Shown here in pieces: positions 21,391 through 33,534 of a DNA stretch of 46,832 nucleotides; position 1 is the stretch's first letter, and each line of letters begins with the position of its first letter. Below the pieces are notes generated by a model that saw only the letters and a list, made by a program, of their open reading frames with translations, did no database searches and was not told the origin of the DNA. A program made the translations under genes and the position numbers. This DNA is from Nemertoderma westbladi (Eukaryota; Animalia; Xenacoelomorpha), in assembly GCA_032718475.1 (NCBI GenBank), contig JAUCBJ010008514.1:1-46832 (forward strand), in the 5' to 3' direction.

Positions 21391-22376
21391 AATTATTTTA
21401 AATAATTGAATTTCTGAATTTTAAGGGTTACTTGGTTACTTTAACTTACTTTATTGCCGTTATTTAAGTAGTAATCCAACTGATATTGAGACCTAATTGT
21501 GGTATGGCAGGCCTACTATTTATAAATCGTTTGAGTTGATTTATAATATATATATACCCGTTTAATGGGTTTTGTCAATGTTTGAAATAAATGTTATTAT
21601 TTCTGGGGGGGTCACTACACATAAGCTGTGCGCTCTCAGTGGAGTGCTACTTGTTAGACACTAAAACAAATAATTCTAATTTACCTAAGTTACTTAATAC
21701 TACAAATTACGTACAATTCGAGTTGAGATTACAATCTCTAAATAAACACAAAAAATTTTAATTACAAATACACAAATACAAATTTTTAGGGTAATTTTAC
21801 AAGAAGTTTACTAACCAGCCTAACAAAGGGTTAGAATATCTGGTTATTACAACGGACAGGTTACTACGGTATTTGAAAATAATAAGTAGTAGTAAATATA
21901 CTGCGTTGTCCAGATAGGAAAATACCACCGCCTGACGACCTATAACCGTATCGCTATAGGTACTACGTTATGTATCACGGAGTGTCCCTACCTAGAAGTT
22001 AATTACCGAGGTCTACCAGAACCAACGTGCCTATTAACCACTTTACAACACAAATATACTGCCTACACACTAATTGCTTTCGGAAAGCACTGTACACTAA
22101 ACCCTAAATTAGGTACAAGTACTTGTGTAACAAATAATTAGTAGTTAAAAATACTTGAACAGCTAAAAGAACCACGGCATCTGCTGGAGTGACCGGTGCA
22201 CAAAATCACCAGTCTTTACCTACGCCGAGCAGCCCGTATAGTACCGGGGTTAGTTTAACTATAACGGTATGTATAACAAACACAATTACTGTAGGAATAA
22301 ACTTGGGGAATATGAATGTTGCGAATAATCGCATAAACTCTGAATAATAAATATTACGCTACGCGTACAAACCATT

Positions 22377-22918
22377 CAAACAAAGTGCAGACCAAATACT
22401 GACAGACTACTATCAAGCCTAAACAAACTACGGTATATGTAGACTCCGAAATGGTTAAGTAGTATGCGTTCTAACCCAGTAGTACGACTTATTCTTTAGA
22501 TGGGGGTTTACCTTACAGCAATGGCTGCCCCTACTTCCTAACCGTTCTTTATCGGACAGATGCTTTACACACACCGAAATTTCCTCAAACCCAACAGCAG
22601 CCAGACAACTATCCAGCCTACAAATTATCTAAATAAAATTATATGCTACCCGTACAGACTACACAAACAAAGTACAGACCAAACGCTGGCAGACTCCTAT
22701 CAAGCCTAAATAAACCACAGGACATGCAGACTCCGAAATGGTTAAGTAGTATGCGTTCTAACCCAGTAGTACGACTTATTCTTTAGATGGGGGTTTACCT
22801 TACAGCAATGGCTGCCCCTACTTCCTAACCGTTCTTTATCGGACATACACTCTACATGCACTGCAATCCGTTCAGACCTAATCAACAGTCAGCCAACAGT
22901 CAAGCCTACAAATTATCT
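22377..22918. repeat. 287-bp tandem duplication with an identical 118-nt core, in the 5' leader
   Basis: 22441-22558 is identical to 22728-22845, while the flanking parts of the units carry many substitutions. Confidence 0.9.
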
Positions 22919-23187
22919 GTACAATCTGAGCAGGCTTACACGCCTTCTGCTCAATACTGGCCTACAAATAAATAAAACTGGCAGAAATAAGTAAACTTTA
23001 CAAAAGAATGAGGGGTGATCAATCCCTATTCCCCTGGCAGCCCACAGTATACAATACCACAATCGAATAATACTGCTGTACCTGTACCGTAAGTAAGTAC
23101 CGGTCCGGATGATCAGGCAGTCAGGCCTACTGGTTACCGGTCGACCGGTACTTTCGACTAGATTGCTTACACCGCAATCCAGAAGCA

Positions 23188-23198
23188 ATATCTGTTAT
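23188..23198 (-). promoter_or_regulatory. Primer-binding-site position; non-tRNA type, complementary to an 11-mer in the LTR
   Basis: Minus-strand ATAACAGATAT directly follows the CA end of the 5' LTR. The LTR minus strand contains ATATCTGTTAT (23923-23933, and 12202-12212 in the other LTR). Confidence 0.7.
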
Positions 23199-24376
23199 TG
23201 TTTGCGCTTTTGAAGACCTTTGACAGTTTAACCTGCCAAAATTAGAATGTCTTTTGGATGATAGATAGTCTTTAGCCTATGACGAGTATTTGATACACTA
23301 CATTAGCCGAAGCCAGTCTATGCGCAATCATTCACCCGTTGGATATACCCGGGAGACTGAGTTCGGGGCTTAATGATTGATGGTGTAAGCCTACTGTATT
23401 ATTCGACTGATCGTAATATATAATCTCTGACAAATATTATTCACTTTCGGGAAATATTAACAGTTCCTTTAGGACGTGGCGCTCTAAATATGTAAACAGA
23501 GTTATGGCTTAAACTAGACACAACGAAAAGGCTATAGATTCACGTATATGGCGCATTCTTTAGGAGATGCTTTGTTATCAGTTACACTCATACACAATGC
23601 TGCACAATACTGCACACTAATCTGCCGACCTTCACTAAATTTGGTCACGTATAAAGAGAGCAACAGACAATTTATGTTGGGCATATGAAATAGCATTAGA
23701 TTCACTTCAAACCACTCAACATAGGTCGCAATCGTTTATCTGTAACCGGTCTCTCTAACCTTTAGTATATCAAGAAGGTGGGGTGTCTGACTATTGATCA
23801 GTATTCCGATATAATATTTCATCAACCAATATAATGAATAACCGACAGTAAAAGCAGTAATATTTATGTATAAATGATTATTAAGTGAATGAGTTAACTT
23901 GTGTAACTCGTGAGTAGTTAAGATAACAGATATACGTTCTATAATTAAGCCTACTAATGTACGACTAAAGACTGAAAACACGGAGGTGCCGAAAGCCGAT
24001 GTTCTTAGGCTCTGGGCAAAAACATAACACTGAACTACTGAGTTCTGTATACACCTCCAACACAGAGACAAAAAACGCTCTGATTGGTCAACCGAACAAC
24101 GAGAGAACAAAGAAACAAAGAAATGTCGACGTGGCAATATCAGCTGCTAGCCGTCGTCATGGTAGCGACACTGTTTTCAAGAGTATCTAGCTTATCGCGT
24201 CACGAGATTGCGGATTATGTCCTCTAAAGTACAAATACAGTACAAATACAGAAGAAATGACTTTTATGTCCTCTAAAACACCAGTACAGCAAGGACACGG
24301 CCTTTTTATGCCTGGCAAACCAACTACAGAGTACTTTAAGGGAAAATAACCGGTTAATGACGCAAAAGCTTTTACA
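23199..24376 (-). repeat. 5' LTR (1178 bp)
   Basis: Direct repeat of 11478-12660, followed by TSD CCGTC. Confidence 0.95.
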
Positions 24377-25199
24377 CCGTCCATACATAAAGGTACCGGT
24401 AGTGTAGTTGGGTCCCTCCCCATTGCACAGCTTTACTTACTGTCTGAGAGAAAGTACCAGCCCCTACGTGTTATATTATTAACCTATAAAACATTTGAAC
24501 GGCCCTGTGCTTAAAATAAAATGGCCCTCAACCTAACATAGTGCAGTGAGTAACCTTATAGATATTCCCATAGGATTCACTGGGAAGAGCTATTGAGTTG
24601 GCGGTGTAATACAGTACGTTACAAACTAACAGTTGATGTTTTGCTCACTATCTGGGATAGAGTGAGATAGTACTGTAATAAAACTGGCAAGTACTGTAAT
24701 AATACTTCTATGCAGTTTGGGGTTATCCATTCAATCAATGAATGACTCTACTTTACTAGGCTCTCATTAGCACCAGCAACTGGTGTTTCTATCATTGAGT
24801 CTATGGCAAATTTCGTGTTTTGGGGCTATTTTTCAAAATAAAAAAAAGACACTTTAATAATTTTTTTTCAAAAACTTTTTTCAACTTCCTGGTGTTGAGC
24901 TGCGTCAATTGATATAATTTTCATTGACGGACGAGCTATATCTTCGGAGGAGTTCACCTGATATATACATATAAATAAATAAATATAGAGAATACTTTCA
25001 CAGTAAGAAGTCCTAACGGTCTTCTAATTATATATTGTTATCTGTTCAACTAAAATAGTTGTTGGGAGAAATCAAATAGACATCAGCTCGTCGACTTTTC
25101 ATAGAACTGCTCACTCATGGTACTGGTTTGAGGGACAGGTTCGTTTAAAGCCAGCTTGCTGGCTTTCTACTGTAGTAGGCCTACTCAATAAATTACTAA

Positions 25200-26620
25200 A
25201 TTACGAAAATAAACTCTGTTTTCTTCTTGGTGACTATAACTTCGTCTTTCTTAAAACAAATACCAACACTGTCAATCAGTCAGTGCCGATTTCGTCAACA
25301 CGATGACATTAATTACTACAATTAATTACACACACGGACACACTGTATCTCAATTAACCGAAGCCCATTACCGAACATTCTGCTACACTCATTGATATTA
25401 TATTCATTAACACCGACTGCGACACGAAATCCGGTTTATTAATCTCCCCAATATATGATCACCTACATACAGTATATTTGTACACACCACATCTGGTTAC
25501 CTGTTACCATGCAAAAACAAAAATCACAATACCGACGGAAAGTAAATGACAAAACTAAACTACAAGATTTCAGAGCACATTATTATTAACGACCGACAGT
25601 GGATTACTGTATACTCAGAACCAACGGCAGATGGCGCTTACAACTCCTTTATATATACCTACTGTATAAACAACTACGATAATGCATATTTTCCTCTTGA
25701 ACGAGAAAGAATTATAAATTCTCAAAAACCATGGCATACATATGCACTACAGAAGACAAGGATCTATATTCGAAATCCCACCTTTGATAAATTGACAGCT
25801 TTTAGGGAATACAGAAAGTTACTAGGTTGCTTATTACAAACGGCTGAGAAAAATTACTATAATAAAGTACTTGACCATAAAATTCAGAATACTCGAACTG
25901 TGTTGAAACCAAGGCGTCCTTTATAACGTAAAATTATTAATATTAACGTTAAATTATTAAGGACGCCTTGGTTGAAACACATTTGTGAACTACTCGAAAA
26001 ATTCACCACCTACATTAATCACACACACTAGATAATCGAGTTATTATCAACCTTGTTGACGTTGCAAGTTACAAAAGTGATTTAATTATACGACGATTGG
26101 TACCAAACTTGACAAAAATAGATACTTGTAAAACTTGGATCGCCACTTGACTATATATTACACTCCCGGAACCTTAAGAAAAACTATACACATTTAATAC
26201 AATTACACCAGCACAAATAATTTTTACAGGAAATTCCCTAAATAAAAAAAAATCACTAGTCCCGGCTTTGATGAACACTCTTTGATGAGCCTCTACATAC
26301 TGTACATTCCACAATCACTTTAATTGCTGAGCCCCTGTCTTACATAATAAACCCTTCCCTTTGCAGTGGGAGTGGAATTGTACCTAGTCAAATGAAGATT
26401 GTTCGTGTTACGCCAGTCTTTAAAGCCGGTCACCAAACCGAAAACTAGGCCAATCTCAGTCCTCACTGGAAAAAATAGTGCATACCGAACTAATTAATTA
26501 ACGCTGGTTTTCGATGGTTTTCGTAAGAAACGTTCCACTCAGCACGCTCTTCTTACACTTTTAGAATACATTACAGAAGCCCAGGACAATTTATATTTAA
26601 TTTAATTTAATTGCCATGCC
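25200..26620 (+). pseudogene. Decayed non-LTR retrotransposon (CR1/L2/Jockey-group LINE ORF2: APE endonuclease to start of RT)
   Basis: Collinear motif remnants LGDYN (about 25226), TLIDIIFIN, DH, the linker ORF 25546-25926, SPGFD, IAEPLSYIINPSL, VPSQMKIVRVTPVFKAG and GFRKKRSTQHALL, broken by stops and frameshifts. Confidence 0.85.
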
Positions 26621-27992
26621 ATTGAAATTTTAATTGCTTCAAACCGTGAGTGCACCCCCCCCCCCCCCCCGCACCTCCCAATATGCAGATATGAATCTGA
26701 CAGAGGTTTTGATTTTGACAGAGTTGGCATTGCAATGAGCAAATAAGTGTTTAAATGAACTGGGCGCATCATTCTGGGAGGAAGAGGTTATACGGGGAAT
26801 TACGGAATTGAAGCGTGGGAAGGCAGCTGCGACGCCGGGCCTTCCTGAGTTCATATTGACTAGTTGAATCCTCTATTACTGTGTACTGCACTATCTCACT
26901 ATCATACATAACATAACATAGCAAACTGTCAAACAGCTTTATATTGTTTATTAGGAGCCCGCTCGACAGGCGGGATACTTACTGTAAAAATCTGCGGGAT
27001 ACTTACTGTAAAAATCTCAGAATATATAACACTGACTAACTGACTGACTGATAATTATTCAGGTTCAGGCACTTCCTGCCTGGCGATTTTGTTGAAATTT
27101 TACAAGTGCATTGCTTTGGTGGTTCATAATCGCGTTACAAAATATCAGATCGATTCAATGTGTGGTATTCGATATATTTCGATTTTTTGAAATTATTTTG
27201 TCGCGAAATTAAAAGCAATGGTAAAGTAATAACAACTGCTGCCTGAGCTGCTGCAGCAGCTAGCTGTGTAGTAATGGTTGAGTACAGGGATGCTTGAGAT
27301 AGAATTCCATCCAGACCATCAAGGCAGAATTTCTTGACTATGCCCCTCCTGCTGCTGGCTGAGTCTACACATCCTTTATCAGTTCTCAGGGATAGACAGG
27401 AAATAGTTGATTCCACGGAATCATTAGGCTGATTATTTTGTATATGATATATGTAGAAAGTTCTTAAAAATAATATTCTTATTTTTTTTTATTACATAGG
27501 ATTAGCATCATTTTTTAGCTGAAGCATTAATAGTGTAAATTAATTTAATTATATTTTAATACCATTACTACATTGGCATACTGTAAGATAAGTTTTAACA
27601 TTTCTTCCAAATAGTGGTGCGAGCATAAAACTCAAATCACGCAAATTTAAAAGAACTGGGTGTGTTGTCATAGCAAAGTTTCATTTTTTATTATGTGGGA
27701 CGAGCCACAAAGTCAGCTAGCCTCACGCATTACAGTTTAGACAATTGTTTAGTTAATATTAATAATAGTTAATATATTAGTTTACTTACTGCTGACTGAC
27801 ATAGTTCTTTGTAATAGTCTTGGCTATGATTCTTCCCCCGGGCTCCTTCCAGCCAGCTTGCTGGCTTTCTAGTAGGATTAAGCGTATTTGAATTTACCTC
27901 TCCTTTATTAAAGCTCTAGTCGATCATTCATTGGTTACCTACGCAAAAATTTACCCTACGCGGAAAAGTTACCCCCAGCTTTCTTGGCTCAG

Positions 27993-29276
27993 GGGCGGTA
28001 TTCATAGAGTTAGTGTTAGTTACAGCTACTTAGTGACAGCTTTTAGTAAGAGCTGCAACTATGTTTAGTAAGAGCTATCTGTTACTAAAAACAACTGATT
28101 TTAGTAAGAGCATTGACTTAATTTAGTTTCAACTAGCCCTTAAAAATTATCAGTATTCATAAACTGTTACTAAACTTAGTTCTAGCCCATTAGTAGCAGT
28201 GCCGGTACTTTAACTTATGTTTATCGAAAAGATTTCAGTTTTAACTTACTGACTTAAGGACGGTAGCTATGCCCGGCATGTCTCTATGTTTAGTGGTATA
28301 CTGTTTTACTAGTATTGGTAGCCTACATTAAACCCATTAATTTTATTGGTCACTGAAACAATTCCTGTTTTCCAGTAAATTTTTTTCGTTATCAAATATA
28401 TATTTCCTCCACTCAATTTAATTATCACTAAAATATATTTTTGAATCATCAAAAATAAATCTGTTACGGCCTGTTGTAATAAAATCCCTTCATTATTTAG
28501 GTTCGAATAACGTGGCACTGTAAGCTGCCCTTTCCCACATCTTAGCAATAATTTATAATTAATAGATTTAATGTTAATTAATAGATTTTAGTGGAAACTG
28601 AATATTTTAGCGATTTCCTGTTAAAATTTTAGTGAAAAATTAATATTTTTAGTAAGGCGATAAATCAATTGGCTACCATTATCGAATACCATTATTTACA
28701 TTTGGTAATAGAGAGGAAAAGAGTGAAGTGGGAACGCTACCGCTTTTTTATCTTGCGAAAGTTCGCGAATGGTAGAATTCTTTAGCGAAACACATTTTCA
28801 ACGGAAGCGGACCGTTCGGGAGCAATCTCACCATTCAAGAATATAAGCTGAAATTTGGAAATTTAAGTCGGATATATGTTTAAAAAACAAAAAGCTTTAT
28901 GTCGTTACATGTGACAGTTTCTCTGCAACAACACATTTGCAATTAACAGAGAATGCTAGAAAATCAAGAGAGAGTATAATGTGACCGGAGTCGTCAATAA
29001 CATAATAACCATACTGTATGTATGAAGGCCAACATAGAATAAGTACGCTTTCTTACCAACTTAGTCACATCTTCATGTGACTAGAAATTTAAGTTACAGC
29101 TAATACTAACTTAAGTAAGACTAAGTTCTATGAATACGAGTTTAGCAACAACTAGTACTAAATACGTTAGTAATAAGTAGCACCAACTTCTCTGAATGCC
29201 GAATTAGTACAAGCACTTACTAACTTGTTGTGACTAGGACTAAGTTCCTAGTTAGTCACATTTATGAATACCGCCC
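27993..29276. mobile_element. Non-autonomous PIF/Harbinger-type element (1.28 kb)
   Basis: TIR GGGCGGTATTCATA / TATGAATACCGCCC with a 3-bp TSD CAG on both sides (27990-27992 and 29277-29279). Confidence 0.85.
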
Positions 29277-29401
29277 CAGGTTCCAATCTGCCAATAGCTA
29301 CTGTAGCTTCACTTCCCATCACAGCTTATTGTTACAGTGTTACTCACAGTACTGCATTACTGTGGTGAACGTACCGTGCTTGTCTGTAGTAAAAATTGGA
29401 C

Positions 29402-30229
29402 ATGTCGTGGATTAAAACATTGGCGATGCCGGACAAAGACGACGGATTGGAAGCGGCGATCCGTCGGTTTCCCCGCCGCTACTCCGGCGGTCTCCGACGA
29501 CACAGCTCGCCGGTGGTACTGCTATCCGAGCGACCGGACACGGTGGACGGCAACGTGCCGACGTCCGAGCGTGTCGTGCACCGAACGATTAACCGTCGCA
29601 TACCCAACCAACCGCTACCGGACCGCTTCGACGTACTCACCGAACATCTACACCACGTAGTCAGATCCCGCGAACTCAAACACGCCGACGCGATAACCGA
29701 TCGCTTGAAGGAGCTCGGTGAACTCGAGATAATAACAATGCTGGAGCAACCTCTGTTGCTAAAGAAACGAGTTCGCGATGCAAAGCGATCGATTTTAGAA
29801 GAGAAGGATTTAGTACGACGGGATTTAGGGAGCGTTGATTTACAAGCGGCGAGCGTCCGCGAGCAGTTGGGAGTTAAGTTATTCGCGATGGTGGAGGTAG
29901 TTGAGCCGTTACAATGCGGTTCTATAACGAGTATGTTACTGGAGTTGGATATCGGTACGTTGCGTATGTTGGTCAACAACGTACAGGCCAATCAGGAGTA
30001 CATAGGGAGGTGCAAACACATCCTGGTTGGGTCGCCCCCGGGACACCCAGACGAGCAGCTCTACCGTCTACTCAGGTCGGTGTACCCCTCACAGGCGGAG
30101 AAACTGTGTCGGATGTTGAGTCAGGGGGCCGATGTATCCAAGTTACTGATGGACAGGATGGAACTCTGGAAGGAATTGTGTCGATGTAAGAAGGAACTTA
30201 ATTCACAAGATTTTCCGTTTCTTGACTAA
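29402..30229 (+). CDS. Single-exon protein (275 aa) with three tandem MLLE/PABC-like domains and no RRM
   Basis: The central repeat REQLGVKLFAMVEVVEPLQCGSITSMLLELDIGTLRMLVNN fits the PABC signature LGERLFPLI...AGKITGMLLEID..ELLHML. The flanking repeats LTEHLHHVV...ADAITDRLKELGELEIITMLEQPLLLKKRVRDA and EQLYRLLRSVYPSQAEKLCRML have similar spacing. GC-rich coding island with an in-frame TAA at 29390 just upstream of the ATG. Confidence 0.85.
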   Translation: MSWIKTLAMPDKDDGLEAAIRRFPRRYSGGLRRHSSPVVLLSERPDTVDGNVPTSERVVHRTINRRIPNQPLPDRFDVLTEHLHHVVRSRELKHADAITDRLKELGELEIITMLEQPLLLKKRVRDAKRSILEEKDLVRRDLGSVDLQAASVREQLGVKLFAMVEVVEPLQCGSITSMLLELDIGTLRMLVNNVQANQEYIGRCKHILVGSPPGHPDEQLYRLLRSVYPSQAEKLCRMLSQGADVSKLLMDRMELWKELCRCKKELNSQDFPFLD

Positions 30230-30431
30230 TAATAATTTCCCTCCTTGGAATTGGGATACTTTCACTTTGTATTTTTATGATCTACACACTTTTTTATGCT
30301 TCCCTCCCTCCTGGAGCCTTAATATTTAATGTTGTAATAACATAATGTATTTATTTATCTATCTTTATTCTTCTACGTTGGATTTGTACGATATTTATGA
30401 ACTCGGGCCCTGTTCCCATCTTTATAAGACA

Positions 30432-30437
30432 AATAAA
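30432..30437 (+). terminator. Candidate polyadenylation signal of the MLLE gene
   Basis: AATAAA about 200 nt after the stop codon, followed by a T-rich tract. Confidence 0.5.
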
Positions 30438-31348
30438 ATCAATCAAACCTAAGTTTTTTTAATCACATTATTATACTAAACCGATAATTCTCGTCTCTTC
30501 AGCTTTTAATAGTTTAAAGAAAGATTTCATTCTAAATTTGTTGCTAAGCACATCAATTATGCAAGAATGTAAGCAAATTTAGTACAGATACTTAATTGTA
30601 TTTGGGTTTTAATTTTAGTTTCCGTTTTGATTTGCACCAATGTGAATGTGTGTCACGATATACGGTCGCGGTTTAATTTAATTTGTTTTTAAGAAATTAT
30701 TATTTGTTCTATAATTTCTGAGTTTTAACGAATTTATGCTTACAAGAGCCTAACGAGTACCAATAGCCATTCAGTTTGCCATATAAATTTCGTGCAATGG
30801 TGTTTAATTTACACGAAACTATTGATTTTTTCACACTGTCTTTCAATTATTTAATTATTAATTTTATTACACAGTTACAGGTATTTTAAGTAGTTTTAGG
30901 CTTTCGTAGTTTTACTTTTATTATACAACGTCATGTAATGGCGCATTGTAAAGTGATTACAACCCCTTCCCTCCCCGGTGTAAATTAACTTTCTATAAAT
31001 TTAAATGCAATAATATATGAATTTTAAACAAGTCAGCTTCCAACACATTCGTAGTTCAGCTAGTAATTGCGGGACTTTGTGCATTATTATTTATGTAGAT
31101 TTAGTTGTATTACAATAATATTCGAATAATAATAATAGAAAAATCATAATAATTAATTTCTTCGATTTCTAAATTCTACTGTGCAGTTTCCATTTTATCA
31201 CAGTTTTAAATTGTATGTTTTTATTTATGTCAGTGCATTTGTGTCAGTGTCATGTTATTTCTGTTCATTTTCAACTTTATAGTTTTGGTTTATTTTCGGC
31301 GACTTCAGCCATTATAATGTGATACACAGGTATCTAAGGACTACCTAA

Positions 31349-32824
31349 GGGTACTACTTACACATCCACCCGCGCACCAGTCCCACATGGAAACCCGGGT
31401 ACTACTTACACATCCACCCGCGCACCAGTCCCACAAGGAAACCCGGGTACTACTTACACATCCACCCGCGCACCAGTCCCACAGGGAAACCCGGGTACTA
31501 CTTACACATCCACCCGCGCACCAGTCCCCACAAGGAAACCCGGGTATTACTTACACACCCACCCGCGCACCAGTCCCACAGGGAAACCCGGGTACTACTT
31601 ACACATCCACCCGCGCACCAGTCCCACAGGGAAACCCGGGTACTACTTACACATCCACCCGCGCACCAGTCCCCACAAGGAAACCCGGGTACTACTTACA
31701 CATCCACCCGCGCACCAGTCCCACAAGGAAACCCGGGTACTACTTACACATCCACCCGCGCACCAGTCCCACAGGGAAACCCGGGTACTACTTACACATC
31801 CACCCGCGCACCAGTCCCCACAGGGAAACCCGGGTACTACTTACACATCCACCCGCGCACCAGTCCCACAAGGAAACCCGGGTACTACTTACACATCCAC
31901 CCGCGCACCAGTCCCACAAGGAAACCCGGGTACTACTTACACATCCACCCGCGCACCAGTCCCCACAAGGAAACCCGGGTACTACTTACACATCCACCCG
32001 CGCACCAGTCCCCACAAGGAAACCCGGCTACTACTTACACATCCACTTGCGCACCAGTCCCCACAAGGAAACCCGGGTACTACTTACACATCCACCCGCG
32101 CACCAGTCCCCACAGGGAAACCCGGGTACTACTTACACATCCACCCGCGCACCAGTCCCCACAGGGAAACCCGGGTACTACTTACACATCCACCCGCGCA
32201 CCAGTCCCACAAGGAAACCCGGGTACTACTTACAAATCCACCCGCGCACCAGTCCCACAAGGAAACCCGGGTACTACTTACACATCCACCCGCGCACCAG
32301 TCCCCACAGGGAAACCCGGGTACTACTTACACATCCACCCGCGCACCAGTCCCCACAGGGAAACCCGGGTACTACTTACACATCCACCCGCGCACCAGTC
32401 CCACAAGTAAACCCGGGTACTACTTACACATCCACCCGCGCACCAGTCCCCACAGGGAAACCCGGGTACTACTTACACATCCACCCGCGCACCAGGCCCC
32501 ACAGGGAAACCCGGGTACTAATTACACACCCACCCGCGCACCAGTCCCACAGGGAAACCCGGGTACTACTTACACATCCACCCGCGCACCAGTCCCACAA
32601 GGAAACCCGGGTACTACTTACACATCCACCCGCGCACCAGGCCCCACAGGGAAACCCGGGTACTAATTACACACCCACCCGCGCACCAGTCCCACAGGGA
32701 AACCCGGGTACTACTTACACATCCACCCGCGCACCAGTCCCACAAGGAAACCCGGGTACTACTTACACACCCACCCGCGCACCAGTCCCACAGGGAAACC
32801 CGGGTACTACTTGAGCGCACCAGT
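31349..32824. repeat. Tandem array, 48-49-bp unit, about 30 copies
   Basis: Unit GGGTACTACTTACACATCCACCCGCGCACCAGTCCC(C)ACA(A/G)GGAAACCC. Confidence 0.97.
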
Positions 32825-33428
32825 TCCCCCAGTATCTGTATAACCAGTTTTGGAATCATTTTTTTGAGTATAGACAAAAAATACTGCTACGAAAAGTCCT
32901 ACTGTTTTGTAAATCTTATTCATTAAATATTATTTTAAGAAACTTTAGTATCCCCGTAACAGCGTTAGTACCCTGTTATATTACTAAATAATTATTATTG
33001 TAGTATACGTTATAAAAAATATTATAAGCCTGAAATATAAAGGGACGGCTGGACCGAACACTAATCCACTGTCATTTACAGTAGTCACATTACAATATGC
33101 CTACCCTACAGTTAACTAAAAGTAACCTATAATAGTTATCACTCAATAATGGTTATGTTACAGGCATACCTGTAACCTCACCTAACTAACTGTAAGAGAT
33201 AATACAGATATTGAAACATTTTCTTTGTATGTTATGCACAGAACAGGGACAGATGTAAACAAGAAAGAAAGAAATGTTATTTACAAACGACGGCGTCCGT
33301 TTTGGGGTCAAAATTTGTACAATTCGCATTATCTTTTCTCAAGGTAAGTCCGTCAAGGAATGCGGCAGTCATGAAGCCATAACTATATGATGTTAGACAA
33401 CCGCGACTTTAGAGGGATTGTGATATTA

Positions 33429-33534
33429 ATATAAAACAATAAAATAGGACATTGGGTCTTATTCCCTCAGATCCCTAAATGCTAGGTAGTATCTGAGGGA
33501 ATAAGACCCAATGTCCTATTTTATTGTTTTATAT
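33429..33534. repeat. Perfect hairpin with 44-bp arms and an 18-nt spacer
   Basis: ATATAAAACAATAAAATAGGACATTGGGTCTTATTCCCTCAGAT (33429-33472) is inverted at 33491-33534. Confidence 0.92.

Larger units (their letters stand above)
11478..24376 (-). mobile_element. Non-autonomous BEL/Pao (Belpaoviridae) LTR retrotransposon, 12.9 kb, recent insertion
   Basis: Two near-identical LTRs with TG...CA ends, 5-bp TSD CCGTC (11473-11477 and 24377-24381), a polypurine tract next to the left LTR, and a BEL-type Gag-protease ORF on the minus strand. Confidence 0.95.

Noticed and set aside
26655-26670. Long C/G homopolymers (also about 40695 and 44052)
   Set aside because: Simple mononucleotide runs of unreliable length with no associated structure.
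31387-32814. 475-aa repetitive ORF
   Set aside because: Mixed 48/49-bp units make the translation cycle through all three frames; it is a stop-free satellite, not a gene.
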